Shown here piece by piece: positions 1-13,735 of a stretch of DNA of 64,000 bases. Each line of letters starts with the position of its first letter. Position 1 is the stretch's first letter. The notes under the pieces are model-generated. The model did not search any database, was not told where the DNA came from, and saw only the letters and a program-made list of their open reading frames with translations. Origin of the DNA: Mustelus asterias (Eukaryota). Made by a program: the position numbers and the translations under genes. The DNA is taken from the NCBI RefSeq assembly GCF_964213995.1, contig NC_135811.1, positions 101,928,001 through 101,992,000 of the forward strand, in the 5' to 3' direction.

Positions 1-764
1 TGACCAGGGTCCTATACAGCTGCAGCATTATCTCCCGATTTCTAAACTCAATTCCTCTATTGATGAAGGCCAGTATTCCATACTCCTTCTTAACCACAGC
101 CTCCACCTGCGACGCTGCTTTGAGCGTCTTATGAACCCGGACCCCAAGATCCTTCTGATCTTCCACACTGCCAAGCGTCTTGCCCTTAATATTATATTCT
201 TTCATCCTATTCGACCTGCCAAAATGAACCACCACACACTTATCTGGGTTGAAGTCCATCTGCCACTTCTCCGCCCAGTCTTGCATCTTATCTATGTCTC
301 GTTGCAACTGCTGACATCCCTCTACACTATCCACAACACCACCAACGTTTGTGTCATCAGCAAACTTGCCAACCCATTCTTCCACTTCCTCATCCAGGTC
401 ATTTATAAAAATCACAAAGAGCAAGGATTCCAGAACAGATCCCTGGGGCACTCCACTGGTGACCGACCTCCATGCTGAAAAAGACCCATACTTGTAAAAC
501 TCTTCTAAATTCGCTCCACTGCATTCACATCCTTTCTATAGGATGGCACCCACATCTGTCCACAGTACCCTAGCTGAGGTCTAACTAGCATTTTGTATGA
601 TTTCGGCATAACTTTCTTGCTCTTGCAGTCTGTGCCCCTATTATTAAAGTTGGGATACTGCATGCTTTATTAAGTGCTCTCTCCACCTGTTCTGCCACCT
701 TCAATGATCAATGCACATATACATCCAGGTTCTTCTGCTCTTCACCTGGTGAGAATTGTACTCG

Positions 765-903
765 TATTAAAAGCAACATACCGGGGATACTGGCAATCTG
801 AAATACAACCAGTAATGCTGGAAAAGCTCAGAAGGTCTGGCTGCATCTGCGAAGAGAGAAACAGAATTAAACTTCTGAGTCCAAATGACTCCTCTTCAGA
901 ACT
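765..903 (-). mobile_element. PLE-type terminal fragment (family 2) with degenerate hammerhead
   Basis: Similar to 62802-63059; minus strand AGTT-CTGAAGA-GGAGTC-atttg-GACTC, with the GAAA degraded. Confidence 0.6.
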
Positions 904-962
904 GAATTGTTTAATATTGTCTTCATGTTCTTCCTACCAAAATGAACCACCTTGCACTTCTT

Positions 963-1248
963 AAAGTTTAAAGTTTATTTATTAACATCACAAGTAGGCT
1001 TACATTAACACTGCAGTGAAGTTGCTGTGAAAATCCCCCAATTGTCACACTCTGGCGCCTGTTCGGGTACACTGAGGGAGTATTTAGCATGGCCAATGCA
1101 CCCAACCAGCACGTCTTTTGGACTGTTGGAGGAAACCCACATAGACACGGGGAGAACATGCAGACTCTGCACAGGTAGTGACCCAAGCCAGGAATCGAAC
1201 CAAGGTCCCTGGCGCAGTGAGGCAGCAGTGTTGACCACTGTGCTGCCC
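963..1248 (-). mobile_element. HE1-like V-SINE, tail type B
   Basis: tRNA-like head (A box TGGTCAACAC, B box GGTTCGATTCC), V-domain, TTCACAGCAACTTCACTGCAGTGTTAATG tail. Confidence 0.9.
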
Positions 1249-1749
1249 CTCTGCATTGAACTTCATCTGCCCACTCTACCAACTTGCCTATGTTCTTTTA
1301 AAGTTCCACATTCTTCTTCCAAATGTTCTGTCATCTGTAACCCTTGAAATTGTCCCCTGCATGCCAAAATCTAGGTCATTAATATGTATCAGGAAAAGCA
1401 AGAGCCCTAATACCAACCCCTGAGGAACTCCATTACAAACCTTCCTCCAACCCAAAAAATAGCCATTGAACATTGACTCAGCCAATTTTGTATCCACTTT
1501 GCTACTATCCCTTTCATTCCATGAGCTATATGTTTTCTATGGGGTCTGTTGTGTGGCACTGTATTAAATGCCTTTTGAAAGTCTATGTACATTACACCAA
1601 CACCATTACCCTCAAAGACCCTTTCTGTTATCTCCTCAAAATTCCAGTTAGTTGAATTTCCCCTTTTGAAGTCTATGCTGGCTCTTCCTAATCAACCCAC
1701 ATTTTATGTAGATTTTATTTGAATGTATAACCTACACTGATTCTTCACT

Positions 1750-2075
1750 ATGTTACTGAGGGAATGCTAAATTTTTAGAAATGGACGTGACTTTGAAAAG
1801 GCAGACAAAGAAAAAAAATGGTTCAGGTGAGCATTAACGATCGAGGTTAGCAAGAAGTTCTCCTGCTATCCTGACCAACATTCCTCCCTCTAACAGCATT
1901 ATGCAATCATAGATTAACCAACTAGTAATCATATTTCTGTTTGCAAGTCTTGCTGTGTGCAAATTAACTGCGAGCAGTAGTGACTGAATTCTGAAAGTAA
2001 TTAATTGTATGTGAAGCGCTTTGGGGCCTTGTGACAGATGGGATAAGGTGATAAATGTATGTTCATTTTTTCTTG
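1750..2075 (+). mobile_element. Old Deu-domain-like SINE remnant
   Basis: Similar to 9215-9430 and 39850-40240 (...TTGCTGTGTGCAAATT... then TGAAGCGCTTTGGG). Confidence 0.5.
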
Positions 2076-2349
2076 ACTATAAATAGACTATAAATGGATC
2101 TTTAGTTACATCACAGAGGAACATTTTGTGCTATTTGGGCATCTATTTTTAAAAAAGAATTGTGCTGCAGGAGATTCAGATGAGAATTGGGGCTGTGAGC
2201 CATGAGGAGATTCGGGTGAACTTGCTGTTTCGTAGAGAAATATATCAGTCCTATTATGGAAGTCTTTAAGATACTGAGAGGAATAAATAATGTCGACAAA
2301 CTTGAATGTGGAACTTGAGATGAGAACAATTTCCCCGAAAAAGCTCTGG

Positions 2350-2680
2350 ATATATCTGAAAGGAGTCCAGCAAAGCAATTAACATTGCAAATCCAAATTA
2401 ATGACTTGGATTAAGGGGCTGAAGCTAATTTCACCAAATTTGCTGGCATTGCAAAGATGGGTGGGAAAGCAAGTTGTGAGGAGAACAGTCCATAAAGGAA
2501 TCAGAATAGGTTAAGTGAACCTATGATTCTGAGTGGGTGAAAATTTGGCTAATGGAGAATATGGGGAAAATGTGAGATTATGTTGTTGGTAGGAAGATTA
2601 GGACAGCAGAATATTTATTTTAATAGAGAGAGACTGGAGAATGGTGTGGTACAAAGGCATCCAAGTGTCCTTGTATATGA
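2350..2680 (+). mobile_element. Degenerate CR1 RT fragment
   Basis: Remnants of NDLD...KFA...KxGG and CEIM...GR motifs. Confidence 0.65.
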
Positions 2681-2794
2681 AACAAAATTAGTGCGCAGAG
2701 AGACCAAAAAATTGGGAAGGAAACTTCCAAACCCACGACCGCTACCACCTAGAAGAACAAGAGCAGCTGATACCTGGGAACACAGCACCTGATA

Positions 2795-3090
2795 TTTGAT
2801 TTATTGTCACATGTATTAACATACATTGAAAAGTATTGTTTCTTGAGTGTTATACAGACAAAGTATACCATTCATAGAGAAGGAAAGGAGAGAATACAGA
2901 ATGTAGTGTTACAGTCATAGCTAGGGTGTAGAGAAAGATCCTCACCACATGCAACTTAATGCAAGGTAGGTCCGTTCAAAAGTCTGGCAGCAGGGAAGAA
3001 GCTTTTCTTGAGTCACTTGGTACGTGTCCTCAGACTTTTGTATCTTTTTCCCTGACGGAAGAAGGTAGAAGAGAAAATGCCCAGGATGCT
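2795..3090 (-). mobile_element. Rex1/Babar-like LINE 3' end
   Basis: Minus-strand GKRYKSLRTRT motif typical of the Rex1/Babar C-terminus, followed by a CATGTGACAATAAATCAAA tail; second tail copy at 53125-53245. Confidence 0.7.
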
Positions 3091-3142
3091 CCTGGTGTCT
3101 CCAGAAATTGAAGATTGAACTCCAGGATTGCTCACAGCTGTA

Positions 3143-3488
3143 TAGAATAGAATCATAGAAACCCTACAGTGCAGAAAGAGGCCATCTGGCCCATCGAGTC
3201 TGCACCGACCACAATCCCACCCAGGCTCTACCCCCATATCCCTACACATTTACCCGCTAATCCCTCTAACCTACGCATCTCAGGACACTAAGGGCCCATT
3301 TTAGCATGGCCAATCAACCTAACCCGCACATCTTTGGACTGTGGGAGGAAACCGGAGCACCCGGAGGAAACCCACACAGACACGGGGAGAATGTGCAAAC
3401 TCCACATAGACAGTGACCCAAGCCGGGAATCGAACCCGGGTCCCTGGAGCTGTGAAGCGGCAGTGCTAACCACTGTGCTACCGTGCCG
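3143..3488 (-). mobile_element. HE1-like V-SINE, tail type A (young)
   Basis: Full head, core and CR1-like tail ending in (TTCTA)n; near-identical to 57174-57543. Confidence 0.95.
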
Positions 3489-4126
3489 TATCGGAGAGAA
3501 AATGCACTGGGGCATTAAACATTAGTGTGTTTTTTTTTTCTTTGAATGCTTAGGCTTATTGATTACAAAAAACTACTGGAGATGGGTAAAAGAGTTGATT
3601 TGAAGTTGAGAAAAATCTAAATGGATAATAGAATCTGTTCACTTTTCAATTGTCTTGAAAAGCTGGTGCACTGTGAGGATGCACTGTGAGGATGCACATG
3701 TTGATAGTCCAGTGGTGGAGGCAGGGCAGTGGCATACAGCAGGTCGTGTTTTGAAGTCTCCAAGAATACATCCAAACAGAGGTAAGCCTAGGCAGGAAGA
3801 GAATGAGGGCCAGGTCTGGAACTCTACTGCGTACAGTGCCAAGCTAATACCTTGTTTTTTATCGTGTGTCCTAGTAACTGTTACAGCCACTGGCAAACAT
3901 TTGCTGCTTCTGCAATTCAAAGTATTTGAAAAGGCATGTTGAGCTGATGACACAGGGAGCAAATATGTAGGCTTGCCTGGGAGAGGTTTGCTGATGACTT
4001 GCATTTGTATATTTAAAAAAAAACATCCCTTTGTGTTTCTGAGAGATGCAATAAAAAAAATTCAAAATATTGGTGAGGTGACCAAAAGCTTGGTCTGTTG
4101 GGTTTTGAAGAACGTTAAAAGACCAT

Positions 4127-4438
4127 GGGCGGCAAGGTGGCACAGTGGTTAGCACTGCTGTCTCTTAGAGCCAGGGACCTGGGTTCGATTCCAGCCTTGG
4201 GTCACTGTCTTTGCGGAGTCTGCCTGTTCTTCCCATGTCTGCGTGGGTTTCCTCCGTTTTCCTCCCACAGTCCAAAGATGTGCGGATTAGGTTGACTGGC
4301 CATGGTAAATTGATCCTTAGCGTCAGAGGGATTTGCGGGGTAAATATGTGGGTTTACAGGGATAGGGCCTGGGTGGGATTGTTGTCAGTTCAGGCTTGAT
4401 GGGCTGAATGGCCTCCTTCTGCACTGTAGGGATCTTAT
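4127..4438 (+). mobile_element. HE1-like V-SINE, tail A
   Basis: GGGCGGCAAGGTGGCACAGTGGTTAGC head to CTGCACTGTAGGGAT tail. Confidence 0.92.
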
Positions 4439-4689
4439 AAGAGGAAGGTTGAAAGGCAGCAAGGTTAAAAGGGTAATTCCAGATCATGCCGCTCAGGCGG
4501 TTGAAGGCACAGCAATAAATAGAAGGGCAAAAGAAGATGGCATTCACTCTCAGAAGTGGGATTTCAATGCGAGGAACTGTTGTAGGATTGGAGTAGGTTA
4601 CAGACAAAGAAAAGGGAAAGTGAAAGGTCACAGCCATGAAAAGATTTAAACATGAGGAGACATCAAGGAACTAACAGATGAGGAATAAT

Positions 4690-5310
4690 TAGTGAGCCCA
4701 TCCCTAATTTCCCTTGCACTGAGTGACTTGCTGGGCCATTTCTGGGAGCAGTTAAACGTCAACCACATTCATAGAATCTCTACAGTACAGAAGGAGGCCA
4801 TTCAGCCCATCGAGTCTGCACCGACTACAATCCAACCAGGCCCTACTCCCGTAACCCCACATATTACCCTTGCTAGTCCCCCTGACACCAAGGGCCAATC
4901 CACTTAACTCTCATCTTTGGACTGTGGGAGGAAACCAGAGCACCCGGAGGAAACCCACTAGGACACTGGTGCAAACTCCACAAACACACAGACCTGAGGC
5001 CGGAATTAAATGTGGGTCCCTGGTGCTGAGAGGCAGCAGTGCTAACCACGGTGCCACCATGCCACCCATATTGATCTGGATCTGGAATTGCATGTAGGCC
5101 AGACCCGGTAAAGATGGCAGGTTTCCTTCCCTAAAGGGCATTAGTGGAACCAGAAGGGTTTTTACGGCATTGATGATAGTTGCCACTGTCACACTTACTG
5201 AGACTAACTTTCAATTCCAGATTGTATTAACTGAATTTAAATTACACCAGCTTTGCCCAGAACATTAGCCTGAGCCTCTGGATTACCTGTCTAGTGCCAT
5301 TACCATGACG
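4690..5310 (-). mobile_element. Unassigned tRNA-headed SINE (family C) split by an HE1 SINE (4770-5067, minus)
   Basis: Reverse complement matches 50808-51420 (GGTTCCACTAATGCCCTTTAGGGAAGGAAACCTGCC); HE1 copy nested inside. Confidence 0.75.
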
Positions 5311-7404
5311 CTAACATCTCCCTATTGAGAGATAGGACACTGGCACCAGAGCTTTGGTTTATCTTGGGTTTAGAGAGTTTACTTAATTTTTTCCCGGCTG
5401 TTTCTCTGGTATCTGTCTCACTTTTGTCCAAGGAAGATTTGTGCTCAGATTGTTGATAAAATACTTTAAAAATTAATTTAAGAAATGTAATTACTGCTCG
5501 GGTTAAGAGCTCAGGCCTGAGCTCACTCATTGTTTAACAGCCTGTCTAGTGAAACAGCTGAAGTAGTTCTTGTGCAAAAATTGTTTTTCTCCCCCAGCCA
5601 TCCACTCACTCTTGTTCATATTTTGTGTCAACACTCCAGATGCTAGTATTCCCTGTCCCAGTTAATGATGTTTACACTCGTAATGGGTTCTAATGAGTTG
5701 GGAGTAGTTGTAGAGGTGAAATTTCAAATATTATCTTTTCCTTGAGAGATATTGGAGTCTGGTAAAAATCACATGAGGACATATGACTTGGTCCATATTT
5801 AAAAGGAGCAAGGAACCACAACTGAAATCTTTATTGTAAATAAAACCTATATAAGGAAAGTTAGAGAGGTGTGTGTAGAATGTTGTGGAGGAGTATTTTC
5901 CATTCAAAGTACTTTCTCAATGCATCTCTCAATGTGTCTCACTTTTATTCAAGTTTTGAAGAGTACTGATGACTTGAACACTTGTACCTTTCTGTGTTAG
6001 CGATGATGGCAGAGCCTTCGGGTCATCTCAACCTAATTTTTGGAATTCCATACCTAAATCGTGCGCATGCTCTCTCTCTCTCCCCCTTTAAAAGCTTCAT
6101 TCAGTGCCATCCCTTCAGTGGAGCTGTTGATCACATTTTTATAAATTTCTATTCAAAGGTTTTGCCACCTTTTTCCTTTTTAAAAAGTAGTTTGTTATTC
6201 CACCTTGTGTAAATTTGTGGGCCTGTTAGCATTTTAAAAATGGTCTGTTTCAAAACTTCCTTGAGTATTTTGCTTGAAACAGAATTCCAGTTTAAATTGA
6301 AGCGATGTTTTTTTTCGCTCCTGGTGAAGGCAGGAACTGATTTGGACTGAGCCTCATTTCTAAAAATAAATCGTTCCCAGAACTGCTGCGATTTTATTAT
6401 TCCCCTTTTGGACATCTTTCGCCATGTTAAATTTCTTGTGAATTCTTATTCCAAGGTTGAACATATTCCACATAACTTACTGCTGTTGGGTGCAGACCTT
6501 GCCAGCTCTTGCCTGGATTCCTGCGATGAAATCTTTTGCTGCCTTAATATCTTGGTGTACCAAATCGGGCAACAGTACTTGTCATCCATTTTTGTGAATC
6601 CTAAACACAAAGACTCTTATTTCTAAAATTGAAAAAGTTTGTTGACAAAATGATTGGACATCTGAAATCCCTTAAGCAATTTGGATCAGTAGAGAAGGGC
6701 AAAGTCTGCTGACCCTTTACTGTAGTGATATTTCAGGTAATGTAATCTGATTAGTTCAGGGATTCCAGCTATTAGAAATAAGCATCAAGGTGATCCCATT
6801 GTGAGGTCTTCCTGATTCCTTGCTGATCAGAGCAACGTTCTCTTGTGTAGAAATGCACTGGTCACAAAATTATTGAGTTAATTGCGATTCATGCCGGCAT
6901 GATTTTTGTCAGAAAATGCCAACAAATGGATGCTGACAAATCCTTGAAGTTCTCCCATCAAATTTGGATTTAATTGGGCTGTGGTTGGCATGAGTTGCTG
7001 GTGGTGTGAGCTTGGTGGTTATAGCATCTGCTGTTCAGACTTTTGTGTATGCAGGGAGATGCAAGAAACCTCAGAGTTGCTCCCTGAATCAGCACTACTG
7101 TTTTTAAAAGTTGCTTTTAATGCATTGAAGAATTGGTTGTGGTCATTCATTAATTCCACTTGAAAGCTTATACATCATTGCACTGAACTCAGCTACCATG
7201 ACTCCTGATATGAAATCAATGTTTTCTGATTGACCCGATTACTTGGCTTGACGATCCAGTTCATTTAAGTTTCCAGATGTTGATTAAAAGTGAACCCGCA
7301 TTTTTTAAAATACAAATTAATGATCTACGCATCATATTAAGAAAATTCACCACAACATTTCTTTAATTAACCCTTCAATTTTTCACAATAATTAGCCTTA
7401 CAGA

Positions 7405-7610
7405 TTCGCACATTCTCCTCGTGTCTGGTTGCATTTCCTCCGGGTGCTCCGATTTTCTCCCACAGTCTGAAAGACCTGCTGCATTGGCCAAGCTAAATTC
7501 TCCCTCAGTGTACCCGAACAGGCGACGGAGTGTGGCGGCTAGGGGATTTTCACAGTAACTTCATTGCAGTGTTAACGTAAGCTTGCTTGTGATGCGCATA
7601 AATAAATAAG
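7405..7610 (+). mobile_element. 5'-truncated V-SINE, tail B
   Basis: Core plus GGGATTTTCACAGTAACTTCATTGCAGTG tail. Confidence 0.85.
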
Positions 7611-7970
7611 ACTTGATAGAGACATTCAGAGCCATGAGGGCAGAGCAGATGGATAGAAGCTGCTCCCATTGGTGGAAGAGTCAAAAAGCAGAGGACACAA
7701 AGTTGATTGGCAAAAAAACCAAGGTGGTATGAGGGAGAATATATTTACGTCATGAGTGGTCACAGTCTCGAGGCACTGCCTAAAAGGGGAATAGCAGCAG
7801 ATTCAATTGTGGCTGCCTTAATGGCAATGGGACAAGCACTTGAAAGGCATATGTTATCAGAACTACAGGGAAAGGGCACAGAAGTGAAATTAGCTAAATC
7901 GCTCTTGGAGAGCTGGCACAGACTCCCAGGAGTCAAATGACCTCCTTCTGTGCTGTAGACGTTCCATGTT
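7611..7970 (+). mobile_element. Degenerate CR1 3' end
   Basis: SKSRGHK-like remnant and CCTCCTTCTGTGCTGTA tail. Confidence 0.65.
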
Positions 7971-8817
7971 CTTGTGATTGATCCAACAGAATAAAAGGAA
8001 AGACATCCATTCATGTCATATCACTGCTTAAAAACGTCGTGGCACTTCTTATACAGGAGAGCTCCCTGTTTCCCTTCGAAGGATTGATGTTAAGTCTAAT
8101 CAAAAATGTAGTCTTCAATGGTGCAGGGACTTTATTGCATGAGCACACTCCCTCAGAGGAGGTGGGTCTCATTAAAAGTATGATGTATTTTCAATTCCTT
8201 TAGGTCATTTGTGGAGTGGGGAAGCATTTCCCTACTGGGGAGCAAAATAATCAGAATTGTCAACCTTTCAGATCTGGCCTTGTGGTGAGACATTAGCAAA
8301 AGCCTGGGAACAGGCTTTCTGGTTTTTCCCTCGATGGTAGAATTGTGGAAACATGAAGTGAGAAAAATCATTCAAATTACAGGGAGGAAGGTTGGAAGCG
8401 GGGGCGGTGGGGGGAGTTAGTAGTGTGGGAGAGCTGCTGTTTTGTTAGACTTGCATTGTGTGCAGATATGGACATATCAGAACTAGATTAGTGAGATCAT
8501 TCTTTGTATCAGCTTGATTCTCTGAGATAGCTTCATGGGTTTTTCTTTGCTATAATAAAACATTGATAAATGTGATGACATCAGGCAAAATATGATAGTA
8601 AATCTTTATAAATGTCTTGGCCTTTTGTTATTTTGCTAACAATCGATTGAGTGCACTAGCACTCAATGAGCTACAGAAGAGTAGTCCAGTGTAGATTTGT
8701 TCTTTCTATTCTTCAAGTAGTTAGGTTTTCCTTTGTATGCCTGAAGGAACTGTTTATCACGGGTTAGTTATTTGGGCTGGACTCCTGCACTGGTGGTAAG
8801 ATGGTTCTGCTTTTGTA

Positions 8818-8981
8818 ATGATGTGGAGATGCCGGCGTTGGACTGGGGTAAACACAGTAAGAAGTCTAATAACACCAGGTTAAAGTCCAACAGGTTTATT
8901 TGGTAGCAAAAGCCACTCTTTTTTGCTTTTGCTACCAAATAAACCTGTTGGACTTTAACCTGGTGTTGTTAGACTTCTTAC
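8818..8981. mobile_element. Penelope-type fold-back insertion, family 1
   Basis: About 55-bp inverted arms; 12-bp TSD TCTGCTTTTGTA at 8806-8817 and 8982-8993. Confidence 0.85.
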
Positions 8982-9214
8982 TCTGCTTTTGTATCCATGT
9001 CTCAGAGTATTTCCAAAATTACCTGTGCTGCTGTCCTGTCCGATTTGTTGACTGCTTCCGGTCTCTGCCTAAGGCAGCTCCAAAGTTAAAGGCCTTTTTT
9101 CACTGACATGATTCCGGTTGTTCTGTACACATGGGATTGTCATTGCATCACATCGGAAAGCAGCATCTCGGGTATCTTTTGGATGTATCATCTGCCTTCT
9201 TCACTGGTTGTAAG

Positions 9215-9430
9215 CAATGCCATTGCACTACTTGAAGACTGAGCAGGGGAACTCCTGGATGTCGTGGCCAGTATTTATCCCTCAATCGGTACTATTAAAA
9301 CAGATTATCTGGTCAATTGCCTTTTGTGGGAGCGTATTCCGTGCAAATAGGCTGTTATGTTTTCCCCATGTTCCCCACAGCGACTATTCAAATACCTTTT
9401 TTTTGACTATAAAACACTTTGCAACATAAG
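9215..9430 (+). mobile_element. Deu-domain SINE remnant (SacSINE1/AmnSINE1-like)
   Basis: GAGCAGGGGAACTCC...GGCCAGTATTTATCCCTCAA...AACAGATTATCTGGTCA resembles the recalled Deu-domain consensus. Confidence 0.65.
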
Positions 9431-10172
9431 ATAGTGACTGGCAAGTTCTTTTTCTGATGTACTGAACTAAAAAGGCACATCTCAGCTGGCCATTGGGGAA
9501 ATTATAATTTTGCTGACCCGCTGCCAGTTTGGTGACGTTTACCAACCACTGTTGACTGAGACCTACTCACCGGACGACTACCTGTTTCTGAAGGTATAAA
9601 TTACTTACGATGACAGTGCTCTGAAAGCGGATCACCCTGCTTCCCAACCCAAAGAGATTGAAGCCAACAAACTGGGTATTGACCTGGAGAGCATTGAGGA
9701 GAGGAGGAAAATGTGTTCTTTTGTTCATAGCAATAGATTAGTCATATCTATCCGCTTATCTGGATGGGCCACTTCCATGCCTCGTTTGCCAATTATTTGA
9801 GTATAGCCAATGCAAGTTTACTGTAAATTTCTCCAGTGTTGTAAATATAAACCCACACCTTTCTGGATGAGTACAGCTTTTATACCACAATGCAGTTTAT
9901 GCAGATTACTCTTAAAGAGCTCCTGTGCGTTTAGAACTTTCTTTGTCAAAAAAATTGCATTTGTTTCACTGAGTCTTGTCCTGCCAATATCCTCATTATG
10001 ATATTGGAACAGTAAAAGTTAAAAATAGCAGTTTCACCTCAAGACAGCCAGTTGCCAAATGCATCATCTGGGTGAGCAAATATCAAATGAAAAGTGGCAA
10101 TATAAGAGGTCCACTGCAGATCAAGCGGTATCAACCCAAAGCTGTTGAGGCCAACAAACTGGCTATTGACTC

Positions 10173-10363
10173 TGATGTGGAGATGCCGGCATTGGACTGG
10201 GGTAAGCACAGTAAGAAGTCTCACAACACCAGGTTAAAGTCCAACAGGTTTATTTGGTAGCAAATACCATTGTTGGTAGCAAATATCATGGTATTTGCTA
10301 CCAACAATGGTATTTGCTACCAAATAAACCTGTTGGACTTTAACCTGGTGTTGTGAGACTTCT
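10173..10363. mobile_element. Penelope-type fold-back insertion, family 1
   Basis: Near-perfect palindrome with an internally duplicated centre; 9-bp TSD TATTGACTC at 10164-10172 and 10364-10372. Confidence 0.85.
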
Positions 10364-10934
10364 TATTGACTCAGACAGCTCTGCTTGGCACAACTGCTTA
10401 ACCAGCTCAAATATTCGGAATCTATGGCAATGAATTTAAACTGAATACAAATGTAACCTTTACAATGGATGCCGCACTATCTCAGGGCCAACTATGGTTT
10501 CCATAATTTGTGATTAGTGATGGTCTTGGTGATCTAATTGCAGGAAAATCTGTTCAGTAACAAACTGGGAATCCAATGTGGCCCCGGTAGAACTAGCCAG
10601 ATGACTTGATGCCTTGGCTGCTGTGTTAGATATTGGTGCTACTTGGAAGAAAAAATCATCAAAATGGAGCAAGCATGTGTTCCTCAGGAAAGCTGTCGTA
10701 TGTAGATGTTGAGATACATATCTGTATATGAAATTTTTTTAGAATATGCACTTCCTGTCTGCACGTCTGGCTTCTTGTCATGACTTTTGTCATAGTTTTG
10801 GTCAACATTGATCTTACATTGCTTTGTCAGCATTACTCAGTTTTTCACTGCCAGCTATTATAAGGTAATTTCAGGCTCTTGTCACTAGATTATCCGATAG
10901 ATCGCACTACTTAATTGTGTCTCTGCACTATCAT

Positions 10935-11620
10935 AAGATATAGGAACAGAATTAGGCCATTCGGCCCATCGAGTCCACTCCGCCATTCGATCATGGCTGA
11001 TATGTTCCTCATCCCCATTTTCCTGCCTTCTCCCCATAACCTTTCAACCCATTACCAATTAAAAATCTGTCTAGCTCCTCCTCAAATTTACCCGCTGACC
11101 CAGCATCCACCGCACTTTGGGGGAGCGAATTCCACAGATTCACAACCCTTTGGGAGAAGTAGTTTATCATAGAGTCATAGATGTTCACAGCACGGAAACA
11201 GGCCCTTCGGCCCAACTTGTCCATGCCGCTCTTTTTTTAAAAACCCCTAAGCTAATCCCAATTGCCCGCATTTGGCCCATATTTCTCTATATCCATCTTA
11301 CCCATGTAACTATCTAAATGCTTTTTAAAAGACAACATTGTACCCGCCTTTACTATTACCTCTGGCAGCTTGTTCCAGACACTCACCACCCTCTGTGTGA
11401 AAAAATTGCCCCTCTGGACCCTTTTGTATCGCTCCCCTCTCACCTTAAACCTATGTCCTCTAGTTTTAGACACTCCTACTTTTGGGAAACGATATTGACT
11501 ATTTAGCTGATCTGTGCTTCTCCTCAACTCTGTTTTTAAATTTGCTACCCCTTTTCCTAAGACTATGACCTCTCGTCCTAGAATGCCCCACTAGCTGAAG
11601 CATCCGCTCCACGTCTAGCG
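10935..11620 (-). mobile_element. CR1 3' end with a second CR1 3' end nested at about 11165-11517
   Basis: FSQRVVNLWNSLP and FFTQRVVSVWNKLP peptides; two separate microsatellite tails; host resumes at 11518. Confidence 0.88.
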
Positions 11621-13735
11621 ATCAGTTTTCATATTAAAGGAAGCCTTATTCATCAATTGGCCGTGAACTAGCAAAGATTATTATAGGAACAAATTAAGGT
11701 TCGACAGACAGCAGTGAGATGAAGAATTTGTTTCTTGTGGTGGTAAGGACATCACCTGGTGCATGGAAAATTTCCTATTCGTATAGCAACATGTCTACTT
11801 GTTCAGGTGAAAATCACTTGGCTATGTTTGAATATCTTATCTGAGAGGCCCTTGTTCTTTGCATGCTCCTCTCCATCCTGGACTGAAGTTTCAGTTTGGG
11901 TGGTGTTTATATATAGGATCATGCTCCGAGCTCAATTCACCAAAGAGTTTGATGTGATGAGTTGCGTTTATCCTTCGATCACTATCCTTTTAACGATTTG
12001 TAGACTATATGGTGTGAAATCCAATTTGTCAGTATAATTTGGCTTGTGCTGGAATTAGTTGGAATGATAAAATCTAATTAGTTGTTTAACAGCAGCAATT
12101 GCAGTGATCAGAAAAGGCAGGCTTTACGACTTAAAACTTCTAAATCAATTTGTAATCAACTTTATGCAAGTCATACCCAAATATAGTGGCAATACCAGCA
12201 ACCTGAGTTTTAAAGTGATTCTATTCCTACAAAATGAGGCAGTACTTCACTAAGAACAAAGAAAATTACAGCACAGGAACAGGCCCTTCGGCCCTCCAAG
12301 CCTGCACCGATCATGCTGCCCGACTTAACTAAAACCCCCAACCCTTCCGGGGACCATATCCCTCTATTCCCATCTCATTCATGTATTTGTCAAGACGCCC
12401 CTTAAAAGTCACTACCGCTTCCGCTACTGCTACCTCCCCCGGCAACGAGTTCCAGGCACCCACCACTCTGTGTAAAAAAAAAAAATCTGCCTCGTGCATC
12501 TCTTTTAAACCTTGCCCCTCGCACCTTAAACCTATGCCCCCTAGTAATTGACTCTTCCACCCTGGGAAAAAGCTTCTGACTATCCACTCTGTCCATACCT
12601 CTCATAATCTTGTAGACTTCTATCAGGTCGCCCCTCAACCTCCGTCGCTCCAGTGAGAACAAACCAAGTTTCTCCAACCTCTCCTCATAGCTAATGCCCT
12701 CCATTCCAGGCAGCATCCTGGTAAATCTTTTCTGTACCCTCTCCAAAGCCTCCACATCCTTCTGGTAGTGTGGCGACCAGAATTGAACACTATATTCCCA
12801 GTGCGGCCTAACTAAGGTTCTATAAAGCGTCAACATGACTTGCTAATTTTTAAACTCAATACCCCGGCCGATGAAGGCAATCATACCGTATGCCTTCTTG
12901 ACTACCTTCTCCACCTGCATTGCCACTTTCAGTGACCTCTGTACCTGTACACCCAGATCCCTTTACCTATCAATACTCTTAAGGGTTCTGTCATTTACGG
13001 TATATTTCCTATCTGTATTAGACATTCCAAAATGCATTACCTTACATTTGTCCGGATTAAACTCCATCTGCTATCTTTCCGCCCAAGTCGCCAACTGATC
13101 TATATCCTGCTGTATCCTCTGATGGTCCTCATCGCTATGTGCAAATCCACCAACCTTTGTGTCGTCCGCAAACTTACTAATTAATCCAGTTGCATTTTCC
13201 TCCAAATCATTTTTAAAATATATATATATAATTACAAACAGCAAAGATCCCAGCACTGATTCCTGAGGAACACCACTTGTCACAGCCCTCCGTTCAGAAA
13301 CGCATCCTTCCACTGCTACCCTCTGTCTTCTTTGACTGAGTCAGTTTTGTATCCACCTTATCAGCTCACCTCTAATCCCATGCGACTTCACCTTCAGCAC
13401 CAGTCTGCCATGAGGGACCTTGTTAAAGGCCTTACTCAAGTCCATGCAGACAACATCCACTGCCCTACCCTCATCAATCATCATCATCACTTCCTCGAAA
13501 AACTCGATCAAGTTTGTGAGACACAACCACCCCTTCACAAAACTATGTTGCCTCTCACTAATATGTCTACTTATTTCCAAGTGGGAATAAATCCTGTCTC
13601 GAAGAATCCTCCCCAATAATTTCCCGACCACTGATGTAAAGCTCACTGGCCTGTAATTACCTGGATTATTCTTGCTACCCTTCTTAAACAAAGGAACAAC
13701 ATTGGCTACTCTCCAATCCTCTGGGACCTCCCCTG

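Larger units (their letters stand above)
1..1720 (-). mobile_element. CR1 LINE RT fragments (younger 1-490, older 490-1720), interrupted by a PLE-type fragment and a SINE
   Basis: Minus-strand peptides GVPQGLVLG..., YIDFQKAFNTVPH; RT C-terminal CR1 sequence. Confidence 0.85.
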
